Shown here: piece after piece, positions 36,545 through 46,595 of the stretch
How positions within the stretch are numbered: position 1 is the first letter of the stretch
Layout: every line of letters starts with the position of its first letter
Assembly (NCBI GenBank): GCA_021852055.1
Contig: JAJZOD010000003.1
Coordinates: 15,884 to 79,883, forward strand
Direction: 5' to 3'
Length of the DNA stretch: 64,000 nt
Origin: Candidatus Micrarchaeota archaeon
GTDB taxonomy: Archaea > Micrarchaeota > Micrarchaeia > Micrarchaeales > CABMGC01
The notes under the pieces: model-generated
Seen by the model: only the letters and a program-made list of their open reading frames with translations
Told to the model about the DNA's origin: nothing
Databases searched by the model: none
Made by a program: the position numbers and the translations under genes

Positions 36545-38779
36545 ATGCTTTCTATTGAAAGTATCCTTGAAAAAATCTCAAATGGCATCCTGCAGAAAGA
36601 CCCCTCTGTATTCCTGAAGGTGTTTGCTGAACAGCTTAGGCAGGCTTCAGGAGCCGAGGTTGTTTATTGCAAGGATTTTTTCCAAAAATCGGATAAGCCC
36701 AGTCAAGGCGAAGAGTTCATATTAAACACCGGAACCCCCTACCTTGACAACAGCCTCAGCAAATATTCGTCATTTCCTGAACTTATAAATTTTTTTAACG
36801 CAGGCTTCAGGAGCTGCATAGTCGTGCCGATAAAGGATAAAGAAAACGCAATAGGAATAATATCGCTTCTCTCAAAAAAAGACAGATTCTTCCAAGAGGG
36901 AGACGTCGCCAAAATAAAGGCTCTCGGAGATCTTGCTGCACGTGAGTACGGGCTTCTCGCCAACTCCAACTACGAACACAGGATTACAGAGTACTTCTGG
37001 ATAGTTTTTGAGAGCGACATGCCGCAGTGCCTTGTGGACGATAAAGGTGCAATAGCCCTGGCAAACAAAAGCTTCACAAAGTTATTCGGGAGCGGTGCGC
37101 AGAACAGCATGCCGTTGTATAAGTTTTTTGGCATGGGAAAGGAGGCATTTGAAAAGCTGAAATCCGGCTCTGACATAACTGTTGTAACCTCCGACGGCCG
37201 AAAGTTGAATGTCCATCCCTCTAGTGCACCTGGAGGGCTGCTGTACGCTGCTTTTAAAGACGATACACGGCTAAGCGATCTCGAGGAGCGCGAACTTTTC
37301 TTCAAATACGCTGCAGAAGAGGCATACGTGCTCATGGATGACAAAATGCGTGTGCACTGGGTAAGTGACAATGTTAAAAGCATCCTGCACATAGATAAAG
37401 AGTACCTTATAGGCAAGAAATTAGATGACATAGTCCGCGACAGGGATTCCCTAATAAAACCTGATTACGAGAGCACCGAGCCAAGACAGATAAGCATAGA
37501 GATTCTCTTGGGAAATGACCAGTCTGTAAAAGCATCGGGGACAATGTTCTGCAGTGCATCGGGCGTTTTTCTCATGCTTTCAAGAGGCACAGCTACGCAC
37601 CTGAAGCTGTTAAAGAAAAATCTGGATGACATTATCAGAATATCCGGAGACATGATAATAACGCTGGATACTCTAGGCTATATTAAAAACATCAATAAGT
37701 CTGTAGAAAAAACCCTCAGAAACAAAAGCGATAATCTTGTGGGAATGCCTATATCAAACATCTGCGCAGACCAGGAGAGCCAGTACCGCATAAGCTCTTC
37801 AATGAATATAGCGAAGATCAATGGCTTTGCAACTGATGTTTTCATCAATCTTGTAATAAAAAACGGAGAGGATCCTGTGCCATCGCAGCATAGCATAAAA
37901 GCAATCTATGATGAGGCAGGCAAGATATCCGGGTACATGCTTATCGGCCGCGAGCTAGCTACAAAACAGCTCCTGGAAAAACTTCAGGTTGACGTTGCTA
38001 AGATCTCAAAAGAAAAGGAGGATTTCAAGGAAGAAAGCAATCTCAAAACCCAGTTTATCTCCAGCATGGCGCATGATCTGCGCACTCCGATAACATCAAT
38101 CTCTGGATTTGCAAAGCTTATGCTTGAAGGACAGCCATTCGGTGAGCTGAATGACAAGCAGAAGGAGTCCCTTCAAACAATAATAGATGAGTCAGCCCGC
38201 CTAAATGAACTCATAGAGCATATACTCGATGCTGCCAAACTAGAGTCTAAAAAAGTAAAATTAGACATTCGCCCGGTAGATATGCGGGAGCTCGGGCAGA
38301 ACGCAGGTATAAAGTCTCTCGCAGAAGTTGCTTCAAACAAAGGCCTTGCGTTTAACTACATTGTTGATTATGACGTGCCCACTGTCGAATGCGATCCCAA
38401 CCGCATTGTGCAGGTGCTTGTTAACCTCATAGGCAACGCGCTCAAGTTCACAGAAAAGGGCAGCATAACAGTCCACATAAAGAGAAACGGAACAGGCAAA
38501 AGAGTCAAAACAGTAAGAATAGAGGTAAAAGACACAGGCATAGGGATAAACAAGGAGGATAAGGGAAAACTGTTCAAGAAATTCTTCCAGATAGAAAAGA
38601 ACGATCTTATAATGCGTCCTGGCAAAGGCACCGGCTTGGGCCTGACAATAGTCCACGAAATAGTCCATCTGCATGACGGCAGGGCAGGCGTAGAGTCAGA
38701 GCCAGGCAAAGGCAGCACCTTCTGGTTTCTACTCAACATAAAGTATAAGTCAAAGAAGTCAAAAGCAGTACAAGAATAA
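36545..38779 (+). CDS. Cytoplasmic sensor histidine kinase (GAF, PAS-like modules, HisKA, HATPase_c)
   Basis: H-box FISSMAHDLRTPITSI, N-box LVNLIGNALKFT and G-boxes DTGIGI, GTGLGLTIV. No TM segments after ATG 36545. The listed 36479 start adds an implausible Cys-rich leader. Confidence 0.88.
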   Translation: MLSIESILEKISNGILQKDPSVFLKVFAEQLRQASGAEVVYCKDFFQKSDKPSQGEEFILNTGTPYLDNSLSKYSSFPELINFFNAGFRSCIVVPIKDKENAIGIISLLSKKDRFFQEGDVAKIKALGDLAAREYGLLANSNYEHRITEYFWIVFESDMPQCLVDDKGAIALANKSFTKLFGSGAQNSMPLYKFFGMGKEAFEKLKSGSDITVVTSDGRKLNVHPSSAPGGLLYAAFKDDTRLSDLEERELFFKYAAEEAYVLMDDKMRVHWVSDNVKSILHIDKEYLIGKKLDDIVRDRDSLIKPDYESTEPRQISIEILLGNDQSVKASGTMFCSASGVFLMLSRGTATHLKLLKKNLDDIIRISGDMIITLDTLGYIKNINKSVEKTLRNKSDNLVGMPISNICADQESQYRISSSMNIAKINGFATDVFINLVIKNGEDPVPSQHSIKAIYDEAGKISGYMLIGRELATKQLLEKLQVDVAKISKEKEDFKEESNLKTQFISSMAHDLRTPITSISGFAKLMLEGQPFGELNDKQKESLQTIIDESARLNELIEHILDAAKLESKKVKLDIRPVDMRELGQNAGIKSLAEVASNKGLAFNYIVDYDVPTVECDPNRIVQVLVNLIGNALKFTEKGSITVHIKRNGTGKRVKTVRIEVKDTGIGINKEDKGKLFKKFFQIEKNDLIMRPGKGTGLGLTIVHEIVHLHDGRAGVESEPGKGSTFWFLLNIKYKSKKSKAVQE

Positions 38780-38788
38780 CGATGCAGA

Positions 38789-39832
38789 TTACTGCACATA
38801 GGCAGCGCATCCGTTTCCTACTGCGGCTTGGGTATTATATGCGTTAGAAAGCGTTGTGTAATTAAGACCGCTGAACAACCCGATAAAGTTTACATTGCTT
38901 ACGTCTCCTGAAGAGTCCATGTCCATGCTTATCACAGTGCCTGAAAAACTCTTCAGCTTTGCAGTCACAGAGTAATTCACAAGGTAAAGCCCTGATGGAA
39001 GCTGCTTTATTGTCATGGCCTCAGACGAAGGCGTACTTTTCGTTGCGTTAACGTAATCCAGCGGCCCCTCAGGAGACGTGTGGAATTCTGTTATATATGT
39101 CTGGTTGTATAAACTTTCTGTGCACTGCGGCTCTTCAGCATACAAGACACCAAGCTTATCCATAAGCATGCCTATGCTTGTTGTATTTACAAGCTCTATT
39201 ATGCTCTGCGGCACCTGCTGCTGTATTGTAGTGGTGCTCTGCGTTGTCGTTCCCTGAGCACCTGAAATTGTTGATGTAGCCGAAGGGGATATTGTGGTAG
39301 TTGACGTGCTTGCTACAGTGGTCGTTCCCTGCAGCACTGAGCTTCCTCCTGTAGGAAGCGGCGCAGGCACAACAACAGTTGCGAGAGAGCTTGACTGTAT
39401 GCTTAGCCCGCTCGGCAGTGGAGTTATCTGAACCTTTGACGCAGTTGCATTGCTGGATATTATCTTGAAGTTTATGTCTGCTGTTCCTGTGCCTGACACG
39501 CTCAGATTATAATCTGCGCCGGGCGCGCCGCCTATCTCTGTTATAGGGCTTGCAAGTATTGGATAAGGGCTTACATAAAACTCAGCATAGCCGGCGCTTG
39601 AGTTACCCAGATAAATGGAGAATGTTTTCCCTCCATTTATATAAAAGCCAAGGGTGCTGCCTTTGCCTATAATGTAGCTTTGGCTGCCATTTACTGCTAT
39701 TGCACCGTTTGCCGAAAACGCAAGTATGGCAATTCCTGCAAACAGTACGGCCAGCACTATCACTATAACTGCATTCCTCAAATTAAGAAGGTGATGTCTG
39801 TGCCTGTGCATCATGCTCCTGTGGTCTGCCAT
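38789..39832 (-). CDS. Membrane-anchored extracellular protein with a Thr/Ser-rich linker (hypothetical)
   Basis: A His-rich N-terminus is followed by a TM (AVIVIVLAVLFAGIAILAF), a T/S-rich stretch (TTVASTSTTTISPSATST) and a Cys-containing C-terminal domain. Confidence 0.55.
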   Translation of the reverse strand: MADHRSMMHRHRHHLLNLRNAVIVIVLAVLFAGIAILAFSANGAIAVNGSQSYIIGKGSTLGFYINGGKTFSIYLGNSSAGYAEFYVSPYPILASPITEIGGAPGADYNLSVSGTGTADINFKIISSNATASKVQITPLPSGLSIQSSSLATVVVPAPLPTGGSSVLQGTTTVASTSTTTISPSATSTISGAQGTTTQSTTTIQQQVPQSIIELVNTTSIGMLMDKLGVLYAEEPQCTESLYNQTYITEFHTSPEGPLDYVNATKSTPSSEAMTIKQLPSGLYLVNYSVTAKLKSFSGTVISMDMDSSGDVSNVNFIGLFSGLNYTTLSNAYNTQAAVGNGCAAYVQ

Positions 39833-39948
39833 GCTATGATATAAAAACAGAAGTTTAAAAAGATTGCTGTTGCGCGCTGCGAATTGGCATAATGCCTATA
39901 TTTCAAAAAGCATATTATATTTTGCATTTAAACTAGTAATAGATTGGC

Positions 39949-41163
39949 ATGAAAAGTCTTGAGGATTCAGAGTCTGATATAATATCAGTATTAAACGATA
40001 GGCAGGAGATAACTTACAACGAGCTTAAATCTTTTGCTGCAGAGTCAGGAATTGAAGATGACACACTCAAAAAGAGCCTGAAAGAGCTGGAGAAAGCCAA
40101 TGCAATTGCATCAAGAAGCAGCGGCGGCATACTTACATATTATATGCTCCAGCAGAAGCCGCTTCTCCGGAGGATAATGATAGTCGAGGATGACAAAAGC
40201 ATCAACAATCTCATGGCGTTTACTATAGGCGGCGATTTTGACATAACACAGATGAATGATGGAGAACAGGCAATGCGCAAGATAAAAATGGAGAAGCCAG
40301 ACCTTGTTGTCCTCGACCTGAACCTTCCAGGCATGGATGGCCTTGAGATATGCAAGCGCATAAAGAAGGATGCCTTACTGAAAGACACCATAGTAATAAT
40401 CGTCAGTGCAATGGATGCCACATCTAACAGGTTCAAAGGCATCAAATACGGCGCCGATTATTATATACGGAAGCCTTTCGAGCCGTCAGAGCTCCGCAGC
40501 CTCGTTAAGATCTTCCTTAAAAAGAAAGGTAAGAAGTTCGATCCTCTTATAGACCTTCCAAACCAGGAGAAGATATCAGATACTGTTGAAAAGGCGCTTA
40601 AAGCCACAGAGAAAGACTACGAGATAGGCAGGCTCCGTGTTGAGGGCATAAGCAAATTTGTAGTGCGGTTTGGCAATGAGTCAGGCATAACAATACTGCG
40701 GCTTGTGTCACAGCTTCTTCAGGATAAGGTAAAAGACAGCACAATCAAGATGTTCGTAGGCTTCCTCGACGGAGAGGACTTTATCGTTGCAGGAGAGAGG
40801 CATGCAGTGGAGCATGCAATAACTAGCATAAAATCCGAATTTACTGCTGTGCTTCCTTTCGTATACCAAAGCGAAGGCTACAAGCCAATGGAGCTTGGGA
40901 TAGACTCCACGTATGGCGCCGAAAAACCCATGCTGAATCTTGTATACAGTCAGATAGAAAAAAGCGTCATAATAGAACGCCGCGCTGAGGTCCTCAAGAA
41001 CAAAGAAGACAAGGAAGGCAAGAACAAGGATGTAGGAAACTACACTTATGATGAACTGCGGCACATGCTCGGCAGCGAAGATTTAAACATAACAATAACA
41101 AGGGATCCAAACGGCGTCAGGCTTTCAGTAGGAAAAGGCAATGACGAGAAAGAAGATAAGTAG
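39949..41163 (+). CDS. Response regulator: N-terminal wHTH-like region, REC domain and a C-terminal degenerate GGDEF/nucleotide-cyclase-like domain
   Basis: REC motifs: IVEDD, VVLDLNLPGMDG and RKPF. The C-terminal stretch GISKFVVRFGNESGITILRLVS...FVGFLDGEDFIVAG aligns by eye to the DxDxFKxxND...GGDEF core. Confidence 0.7.
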   Translation: MKSLEDSESDIISVLNDRQEITYNELKSFAAESGIEDDTLKKSLKELEKANAIASRSSGGILTYYMLQQKPLLRRIMIVEDDKSINNLMAFTIGGDFDITQMNDGEQAMRKIKMEKPDLVVLDLNLPGMDGLEICKRIKKDALLKDTIVIIVSAMDATSNRFKGIKYGADYYIRKPFEPSELRSLVKIFLKKKGKKFDPLIDLPNQEKISDTVEKALKATEKDYEIGRLRVEGISKFVVRFGNESGITILRLVSQLLQDKVKDSTIKMFVGFLDGEDFIVAGERHAVEHAITSIKSEFTAVLPFVYQSEGYKPMELGIDSTYGAEKPMLNLVYSQIEKSVIIERRAEVLKNKEDKEGKNKDVGNYTYDELRHMLGSEDLNITITRDPNGVRLSVGKGNDEKEDK

Positions 41164-41206
41164 GTGCCAAGCGATCGCTAAATTGGCGCAGCATAAAACA
41201 TCTTGC

Positions 41207-41557
41207 TCATCTGCGCGTACGACTTTTTCTGGAAGGTCCGCGCCTTGATCTTGAAATGTGTTTACTTCTGCTCTTAGCCATGTAACGTTCAATACTGCCA
41301 ACGGCTCTTTCGTTTCCTGAATCCTCTTCCAGCAAATTCGATATATGGTCTTCACCAGAAGGCCGGTCGTCACCGCTGCTCTGCAAAGCCTCGCTTTCTA
41401 TTATGCTTTTTTTAAGCATGTCATTCATCTGCTGTGCGCGCAGTATTGCCTGAAGCATAGTCCCGCTGCCTTTTCTCGAGGCGCCACTTCCCGACGTAGG
41501 CTTTTGCCTGCTCTGTTTGTTTTGATTCTTCCTAGCCTTTACGGTTCCCTTTCCCAT
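41207..41557 (-). CDS. Small, highly charged, likely disordered protein (basic termini, acidic centre)
   Basis: 116 aa. SD-like GGTGG sits 4 nt upstream of the ATG, with TATA-like TTTATATAAT further upstream. No family recognised. Confidence 0.4.
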   Translation of the reverse strand: MGKGTVKARKNQNKQSRQKPTSGSGASRKGSGTMLQAILRAQQMNDMLKKSIIESEALQSSGDDRPSGEDHISNLLEEDSGNERAVGSIERYMAKSRSKHISRSRRGPSRKSRTRR

Positions 41558-41806
41558 TTTTCCACCCAGATTTATTTTCCCCCAAAAGGGATAATTATAT
41601 AAAACAATTATTATATAAACCCCTACCTATACTTTCGTCATAGCCACTGAATGTTCAGGTGCCTGCCTGGATAGCAGCTACGATTTTTAAAATGTGATGC
41701 CGACAGCTACTCAAGGGAATAATTCATCTAAGCACTGAAGTCTGCTGTGCGAAGGCTATATATAATTGAACTGGAAATTAATGCATAAAGCTAATTTTGC
41801 GATTAA

Positions 41807-44464
41807 GTGAAATATATGATAGAGTACTGCAGCGCACCATACAGCAAGGAGGAAAGCCTCGACAGCCTAAATCCCTTCATAAGGAAATGGTTCGAAGGCA
41901 GGTATAAAGACCTGACTCCTCCACAGCGCTACTCATTCAAACTGATCAAAGAGGGCAGGAACCTTCTGATTACTGCACCTACAGGCAGCGGCAAGACGTT
42001 TTCAGCATTCACGGGCATACTAAGCGACCTCATGGATCTGTCGGTATCAGGAAAGCTTGAGGACAAAATATACTGTGTTTACGTATCTCCGCTGCGCGCT
42101 CTCAACAACGATGTTTATCACAATCTCAATGAACCTCTCGATGAGATATTTTCTAAGATAGCAATACCTATTAAAAAGATACGCGTTGGCATAAGAACTG
42201 GCGATACGCCCCAAAGCGAACGCCAGAAGATGCTGAGGAATCCGCCGCATATACTGGTGACGACTCCTGAAAGCCTTGCCATAATATTGAATTCGCAAAA
42301 GTTTCTTGAGAACATGAATGCTGTCAAGTACATTGTCATAGACGAGATACACGAGCTTGCGGGCAACAAGCGCGGGGTGCATCTTTCATTATCTGTAGAA
42401 AGGCTGCGTGAGATGGTAGGCGGGGATTTCGTGCGAATAGGCCTGGGTGCGACATTGAGCCCGCTCGACGAAGCCGCAAGGTTCCTTGTAGGCTACAAGA
42501 ACGAAGGCACAGAGCGCGACTGCATGATAGTCGATGCTACATGGGACAAAAAGATGGAGTTCGGCGTTATATGCCCTGTAAAAGACATAATCAACGAGGA
42601 AGACAACAAGGTAGAGAATGCCATATACAAAAAGATAAACGACCTTGTTTCAGCAAACAAGACAACCCTAATATTTACCAATACCAGAAGCGGCACAGAG
42701 CGTGTTGTTTATAACCTTGTCAAAAGGTTCAAATACGGAGAGGAGAGCATAGCTGCCCATCATGGTTCATTGTCCAGAGAGACGCGCTTGGGTGTTGAGG
42801 AGATGCTGAAAAAAGGCAGGCTCCGCGTTGCCGTATCCTCTACAAGTCTTGAGCTTGGCATAGACATAGGCAGCATAGACAATGTAGTACAGATAGGCTC
42901 TCCCAAAAGCGTTGCACGTGCAGTTCAGCGTTTCGGCAGGAGCGGCCATAGCTTCAACGACACTGCTGTTGGAGAGGTAATAGTTACGAACAGGGACGAT
43001 CTTGTAGAATGCTCGGTCATGCTCGACGCAGCAAAGAAGCGCCACATAGATTCATTCAAGGTACCCAGAAACGCTCTGGATGTGCTTTCCCAGCATATTG
43101 TGGGCATGTCGCAGAACAAGCGATGGGATGTCGATGAAGCGTACGCTCTTGTGCGCACTGCGCATCCATACCACACTCTTGACAAGAAGGATTTCATCTC
43201 ATTGCTCGAGTATCTGTCGGGCATGTACGTCGGGCTGGAGAGCAGGCGCGTGTATGCGAAGATATGGTATGATGAGAAGGAGCATGCGTTCAGCAGGCGC
43301 GGCAAGCTCACAAAGCTTATATACTTCCTTAATCTCGGGACAATACCTGACGAAGTAGCCATAGACGTAATGACCAGCCAGAACAAGTGGATAGGCAGCA
43401 TAGAAGAGGAGTTTTTGTCCAGGCTCAAGCCAGGTGACATATTCGCACTAGGCGGGAAGACATACAGGTACGAGTATTCAAAAGTAATGAAAGCTTATGT
43501 AACAGATGCGCCGGGTCTTGTACCGACGATACCTCCATGGTATTCCGAGCAGCTGCCCCTTACATACGAGCTTGCTATTGAGATAGGCAAATTCAGGAAA
43601 GAGCTCTCAGCATCGATGGAGGGCAAGCTGAAGAGGAGCCACGTACAGCTTCTGGCAAAGAACAGCCTGAAGCCGGGCAGGGAAAGCGCAGAGATACTGG
43701 ACAAGATGCCAATAGACAGGAACTCAAAAAGCTCCATATTTATCTACTTCGCAGAGCAGCTTCTTTACACAAAGACAGTGCCGAACGACAAACTGATGCT
43801 CATCGAGATAAGCCATGACGATGAACGCAGCCTTGTCGTATTTCATGCGCTTTATGGGCGCAGGATAAATGATGCACTGTCCAGGCTGTTTGCAATACTG
43901 CTTGGTGACTCTGTCGGCAGCGACGTTGCGATAAACATAAATGACAACGGTTTCGTGCTTGCACTCCCAAAATCAAAGGAGCCAAGCGCAAGAATCATAA
44001 GCAACATGATAAAAGAGGCAACATCCATCGATGCTGACAGGGTGCTCCGTGATAACATCCGACGCACGGAGATGATGCGCAGAAGGTTCCGGTACAATGC
44101 GGCAAGGAGCTTCATGGTGCTGCGAAACTACAAAGGCAAAAAGATAAGCGTTAGAAAACAGCAGATAAATTCCCAGCTCATACTAAAAGCTGCGGAGGAG
44201 ATAAGCCCTAATTTTCCTATAATAAAAGAGACATACAGGGAGATATTCGAGGATGTGATGGATCTCCCAAGGGCGAAAAAGCTGCTCAGGGAGATGTCCG
44301 AAGGCACGCTTGACTGCAGGATAATAAGCACGGATGTGCCCTCGCCGTTCTCGCATATGCTTGTTACTATGGGCGAGTCTGACGTAATAATGATGAAGGA
44401 CAGGCGGAAGCACATACGCGAGCTTAGAAAGCAGGTGCTTTCCAGGATAAAGAAAGGGCGATGA
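41807..44464 (+). CDS. lhr: Lhr-family superfamily-2 DNA/RNA helicase (large helicase-related, Lhr-core type)
   Basis: Motif I APTGSGKT, motif II DEIHE and motif VI QRFGRSGH, plus a long C-terminal DEAD-associated region. 885 aa. GTG 41807 or ATG 41816. Confidence 0.88.
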   Translation: MKYMIEYCSAPYSKEESLDSLNPFIRKWFEGRYKDLTPPQRYSFKLIKEGRNLLITAPTGSGKTFSAFTGILSDLMDLSVSGKLEDKIYCVYVSPLRALNNDVYHNLNEPLDEIFSKIAIPIKKIRVGIRTGDTPQSERQKMLRNPPHILVTTPESLAIILNSQKFLENMNAVKYIVIDEIHELAGNKRGVHLSLSVERLREMVGGDFVRIGLGATLSPLDEAARFLVGYKNEGTERDCMIVDATWDKKMEFGVICPVKDIINEEDNKVENAIYKKINDLVSANKTTLIFTNTRSGTERVVYNLVKRFKYGEESIAAHHGSLSRETRLGVEEMLKKGRLRVAVSSTSLELGIDIGSIDNVVQIGSPKSVARAVQRFGRSGHSFNDTAVGEVIVTNRDDLVECSVMLDAAKKRHIDSFKVPRNALDVLSQHIVGMSQNKRWDVDEAYALVRTAHPYHTLDKKDFISLLEYLSGMYVGLESRRVYAKIWYDEKEHAFSRRGKLTKLIYFLNLGTIPDEVAIDVMTSQNKWIGSIEEEFLSRLKPGDIFALGGKTYRYEYSKVMKAYVTDAPGLVPTIPPWYSEQLPLTYELAIEIGKFRKELSASMEGKLKRSHVQLLAKNSLKPGRESAEILDKMPIDRNSKSSIFIYFAEQLLYTKTVPNDKLMLIEISHDDERSLVVFHALYGRRINDALSRLFAILLGDSVGSDVAININDNGFVLALPKSKEPSARIISNMIKEATSIDADRVLRDNIRRTEMMRRRFRYNAARSFMVLRNYKGKKISVRKQQINSQLILKAAEEISPNFPIIKETYREIFEDVMDLPRAKKLLREMSEGTLDCRIISTDVPSPFSHMLVTMGESDVIMMKDRRKHIRELRKQVLSRIKKGR

Positions 44465-44465
44465 G

Positions 44466-45218
44466 TTGCGCATCAATAAATATGTTGAAGCGGTAGACGG
44501 GCTTCCTCTTCTTTACATTAAACCTCTTAATGCCCTGGTGTGCTCAGACCTTCACCTTGGGTATGAGGGCGTACTCGCAGATAAGGGCGTATTCCTGCCA
44601 AAGGTAAACCTCAAGTCCATAAAGCAGAATATCAGAACTGCAGTGAACAAAACAGGCGCCAAAAGCATAATTCTGGACGGCGACGTAAAGAATGAGTTCT
44701 CAACTGTACATAATGAGGAGCTTAACGAGTTCATGGAACTTGCCGGCTTTCTGACAACCGATCTCGGCATCGAGAAGATCATTGTGATAAAGGGCAACCA
44801 CGACAACTTCATAAACAGGATAACAGGCAAGGAATTCATAGAAGTGCACGAGAATGAGGCTCTAATTAGCAACTTCCTCTTCTTCCATGGCGAGAAACTT
44901 CCGAGCATGCATGCGCAATTCATGATCATGGGGCATCTGCATCCTGCCGTGACGCTCTACGACGATGTCGGGTCTAAAGAGAAACTGCGATGCTTCCTTT
45001 CAGGAACAACAGCAGACGGTACAACACTGGTAGTGCTGCCAGCAATAAGCTATTTTGCCGAAGGAGTCAGTGTTAACCTTGAAAGCGTATCCCAAATAGC
45101 ACCAATATTTAAATCAAGGGTAGATATAAATAGCATGGAAGCGCTCTGCATCGGTGACGGGGAGACTCTGTCGTTCGGCAGTGTCGGAGGGCTCAAAAAC
45201 GCAATAGAAGGAAAGTGA
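44466..45218 (+). CDS. Metallophosphoesterase (MPE), Lhr-associated type
   Basis: SDLHLGYE, LDGDVKNEF, KGNHDN and MGHLHP. TTG start 1 nt after the lhr stop. Confidence 0.85.
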   Translation: MRINKYVEAVDGLPLLYIKPLNALVCSDLHLGYEGVLADKGVFLPKVNLKSIKQNIRTAVNKTGAKSIILDGDVKNEFSTVHNEELNEFMELAGFLTTDLGIEKIIVIKGNHDNFINRITGKEFIEVHENEALISNFLFFHGEKLPSMHAQFMIMGHLHPAVTLYDDVGSKEKLRCFLSGTTADGTTLVVLPAISYFAEGVSVNLESVSQIAPIFKSRVDINSMEALCIGDGETLSFGSVGGLKNAIEGK

Positions 45219-45222
45219 TTCA

Positions 45223-45669
45223 TTGTTACTCTACATTTACACTGACGGTGCTTCAAGAAACAATCCCGGAAGAAGCGCATCAGGTTATGCCATATTCGAC
45301 AAGTCCTACAAGGAGCTATTCTCTGAGGTTTTCTACAACGGCATAAAGACCAACAACGCTGCAGAATACATAGCACTTATTGCAGCCCTCGGGAAAGCCG
45401 AAGAGCTGTACGGAAGTGCAACAAGCGATGTAAGCGCATTCTCCGACAGCGTGCTCATGGTGCAGCAGGTATCTGGTGTTTACAAGACAAAGAACCAAGG
45501 ACTCAAGGTCCTAAATAATAAAGCAATCGAACTCGCAGGCAGATTCAAGTCGTTTACAATAAAAAGTGTGCCAAGAGAGAACGCACACATAGCCGAGGTC
45601 GATGCTGCTCTGAATGCGCTCCTTGATGATATGGAATCAGGCAACCATGCAATAAAAACGCATGCCTGA
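45223..45669 (+). CDS. rnhA: Ribonuclease HI (type 1 RNase H)
   Basis: YTDGASRNNPG, NNAAEYIALIAAL and FSDSVLMVQQVSG. TTG start 4 nt after the MPE stop. Confidence 0.82.
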   Translation: MLLYIYTDGASRNNPGRSASGYAIFDKSYKELFSEVFYNGIKTNNAAEYIALIAALGKAEELYGSATSDVSAFSDSVLMVQQVSGVYKTKNQGLKVLNNKAIELAGRFKSFTIKSVPRENAHIAEVDAALNALLDDMESGNHAIKTHA

Positions 45670-45685
45670 AACAACGACATGTCAG

Positions 45686-46540
45686 TTAGTGCGATTTTTT
45701 ACCAGGTTCATCCCACGACTTTACCCACAGAAACCTCTTTTTGTTGTTTCTGATTATTTCGGGAAGTTCCCTGTCCTGCACATGCGTAAGATACGATTTG
45801 GGCCATATTGTCTTGTACTCCTTAAAATCGAAGCTCTCTTCTACATCAGGCAGCGAACGGAGGAATCGCTCACCTTCACCTAAAGGCCTGTTTCTTATCT
45901 CCCTGTCTGTCTGTATGTGCCACTTTTTGTTCAATGCCTTCGGATTTCTTATAGTGCCTGTGTGCCAAACATCAAAGGCAATAGGCGGAACACTCTTATA
46001 TGCTGCAATAAGGTCTGTGTCTATTATACTGTAAAGAATCCTTTTTTTGACTCCGAGGAAATATGGCGGCTCTACGCTTGCTCCGTCTCCAAGAACGGCT
46101 CGGTCAGTGTGGTGTATAACATACTTATATTTAGGAAGGACATGGTAAGTGTCATGTATCTCTGTGTTTGCGTTGCCGTAGAGATGGTGATACCGTATCG
46201 GATAAGCATATTTCTTGTTTAGTCTGCTTGTATCTAACCTGCACGGAAGGAACTCGTCTACGTCGGTCATCATCTTCCAGTCTGTATTAAGCGCTTTCTG
46301 AGCAGCCGCCTTTCCCTCCGTAGAAAATCTAAAACTTGTTATGAGCGGCTGTCTCATCCGCAAGGTCTTTAATCTTGGATTGCGACCAAACCCGTTCGGC
46401 AGCTTCACGTCGTCATAAAGTGCCAGCACAACCCTGTCAAAGAGCTGTAATGTCCACTCAAGCCAGAGATCCAGTGGCAAATCCTTCTCCTTCCAATCTG
46501 CAGTAACGTAACCATACGCTCCTACTGTTTCCTTCTGCAT
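45686..46540 (-). CDS. Hypothetical protein, possibly a GT-A-fold glycosyltransferase
   Basis: MMTDVDEFLP resembles a DxD motif. It sits at the edge of the glycosyltransferase island. The call is weak. Confidence 0.35.
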   Translation of the reverse strand: MQKETVGAYGYVTADWKEKDLPLDLWLEWTLQLFDRVVLALYDDVKLPNGFGRNPRLKTLRMRQPLITSFRFSTEGKAAAQKALNTDWKMMTDVDEFLPCRLDTSRLNKKYAYPIRYHHLYGNANTEIHDTYHVLPKYKYVIHHTDRAVLGDGASVEPPYFLGVKKRILYSIIDTDLIAAYKSVPPIAFDVWHTGTIRNPKALNKKWHIQTDREIRNRPLGEGERFLRSLPDVEESFDFKEYKTIWPKSYLTHVQDRELPEIIRNNKKRFLWVKSWDEPGKKSH

Positions 46541-46595
46541 AAACGTTGTATTTTTTATTTAATCACTATATACGCTAATCCAAAACCAAATCCAT

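Noticed and set aside
42925-43440. 171-aa ORF antisense within lhr
   Set aside because: This is a shadow ORF. The helicase frame is continuous and motif-rich.
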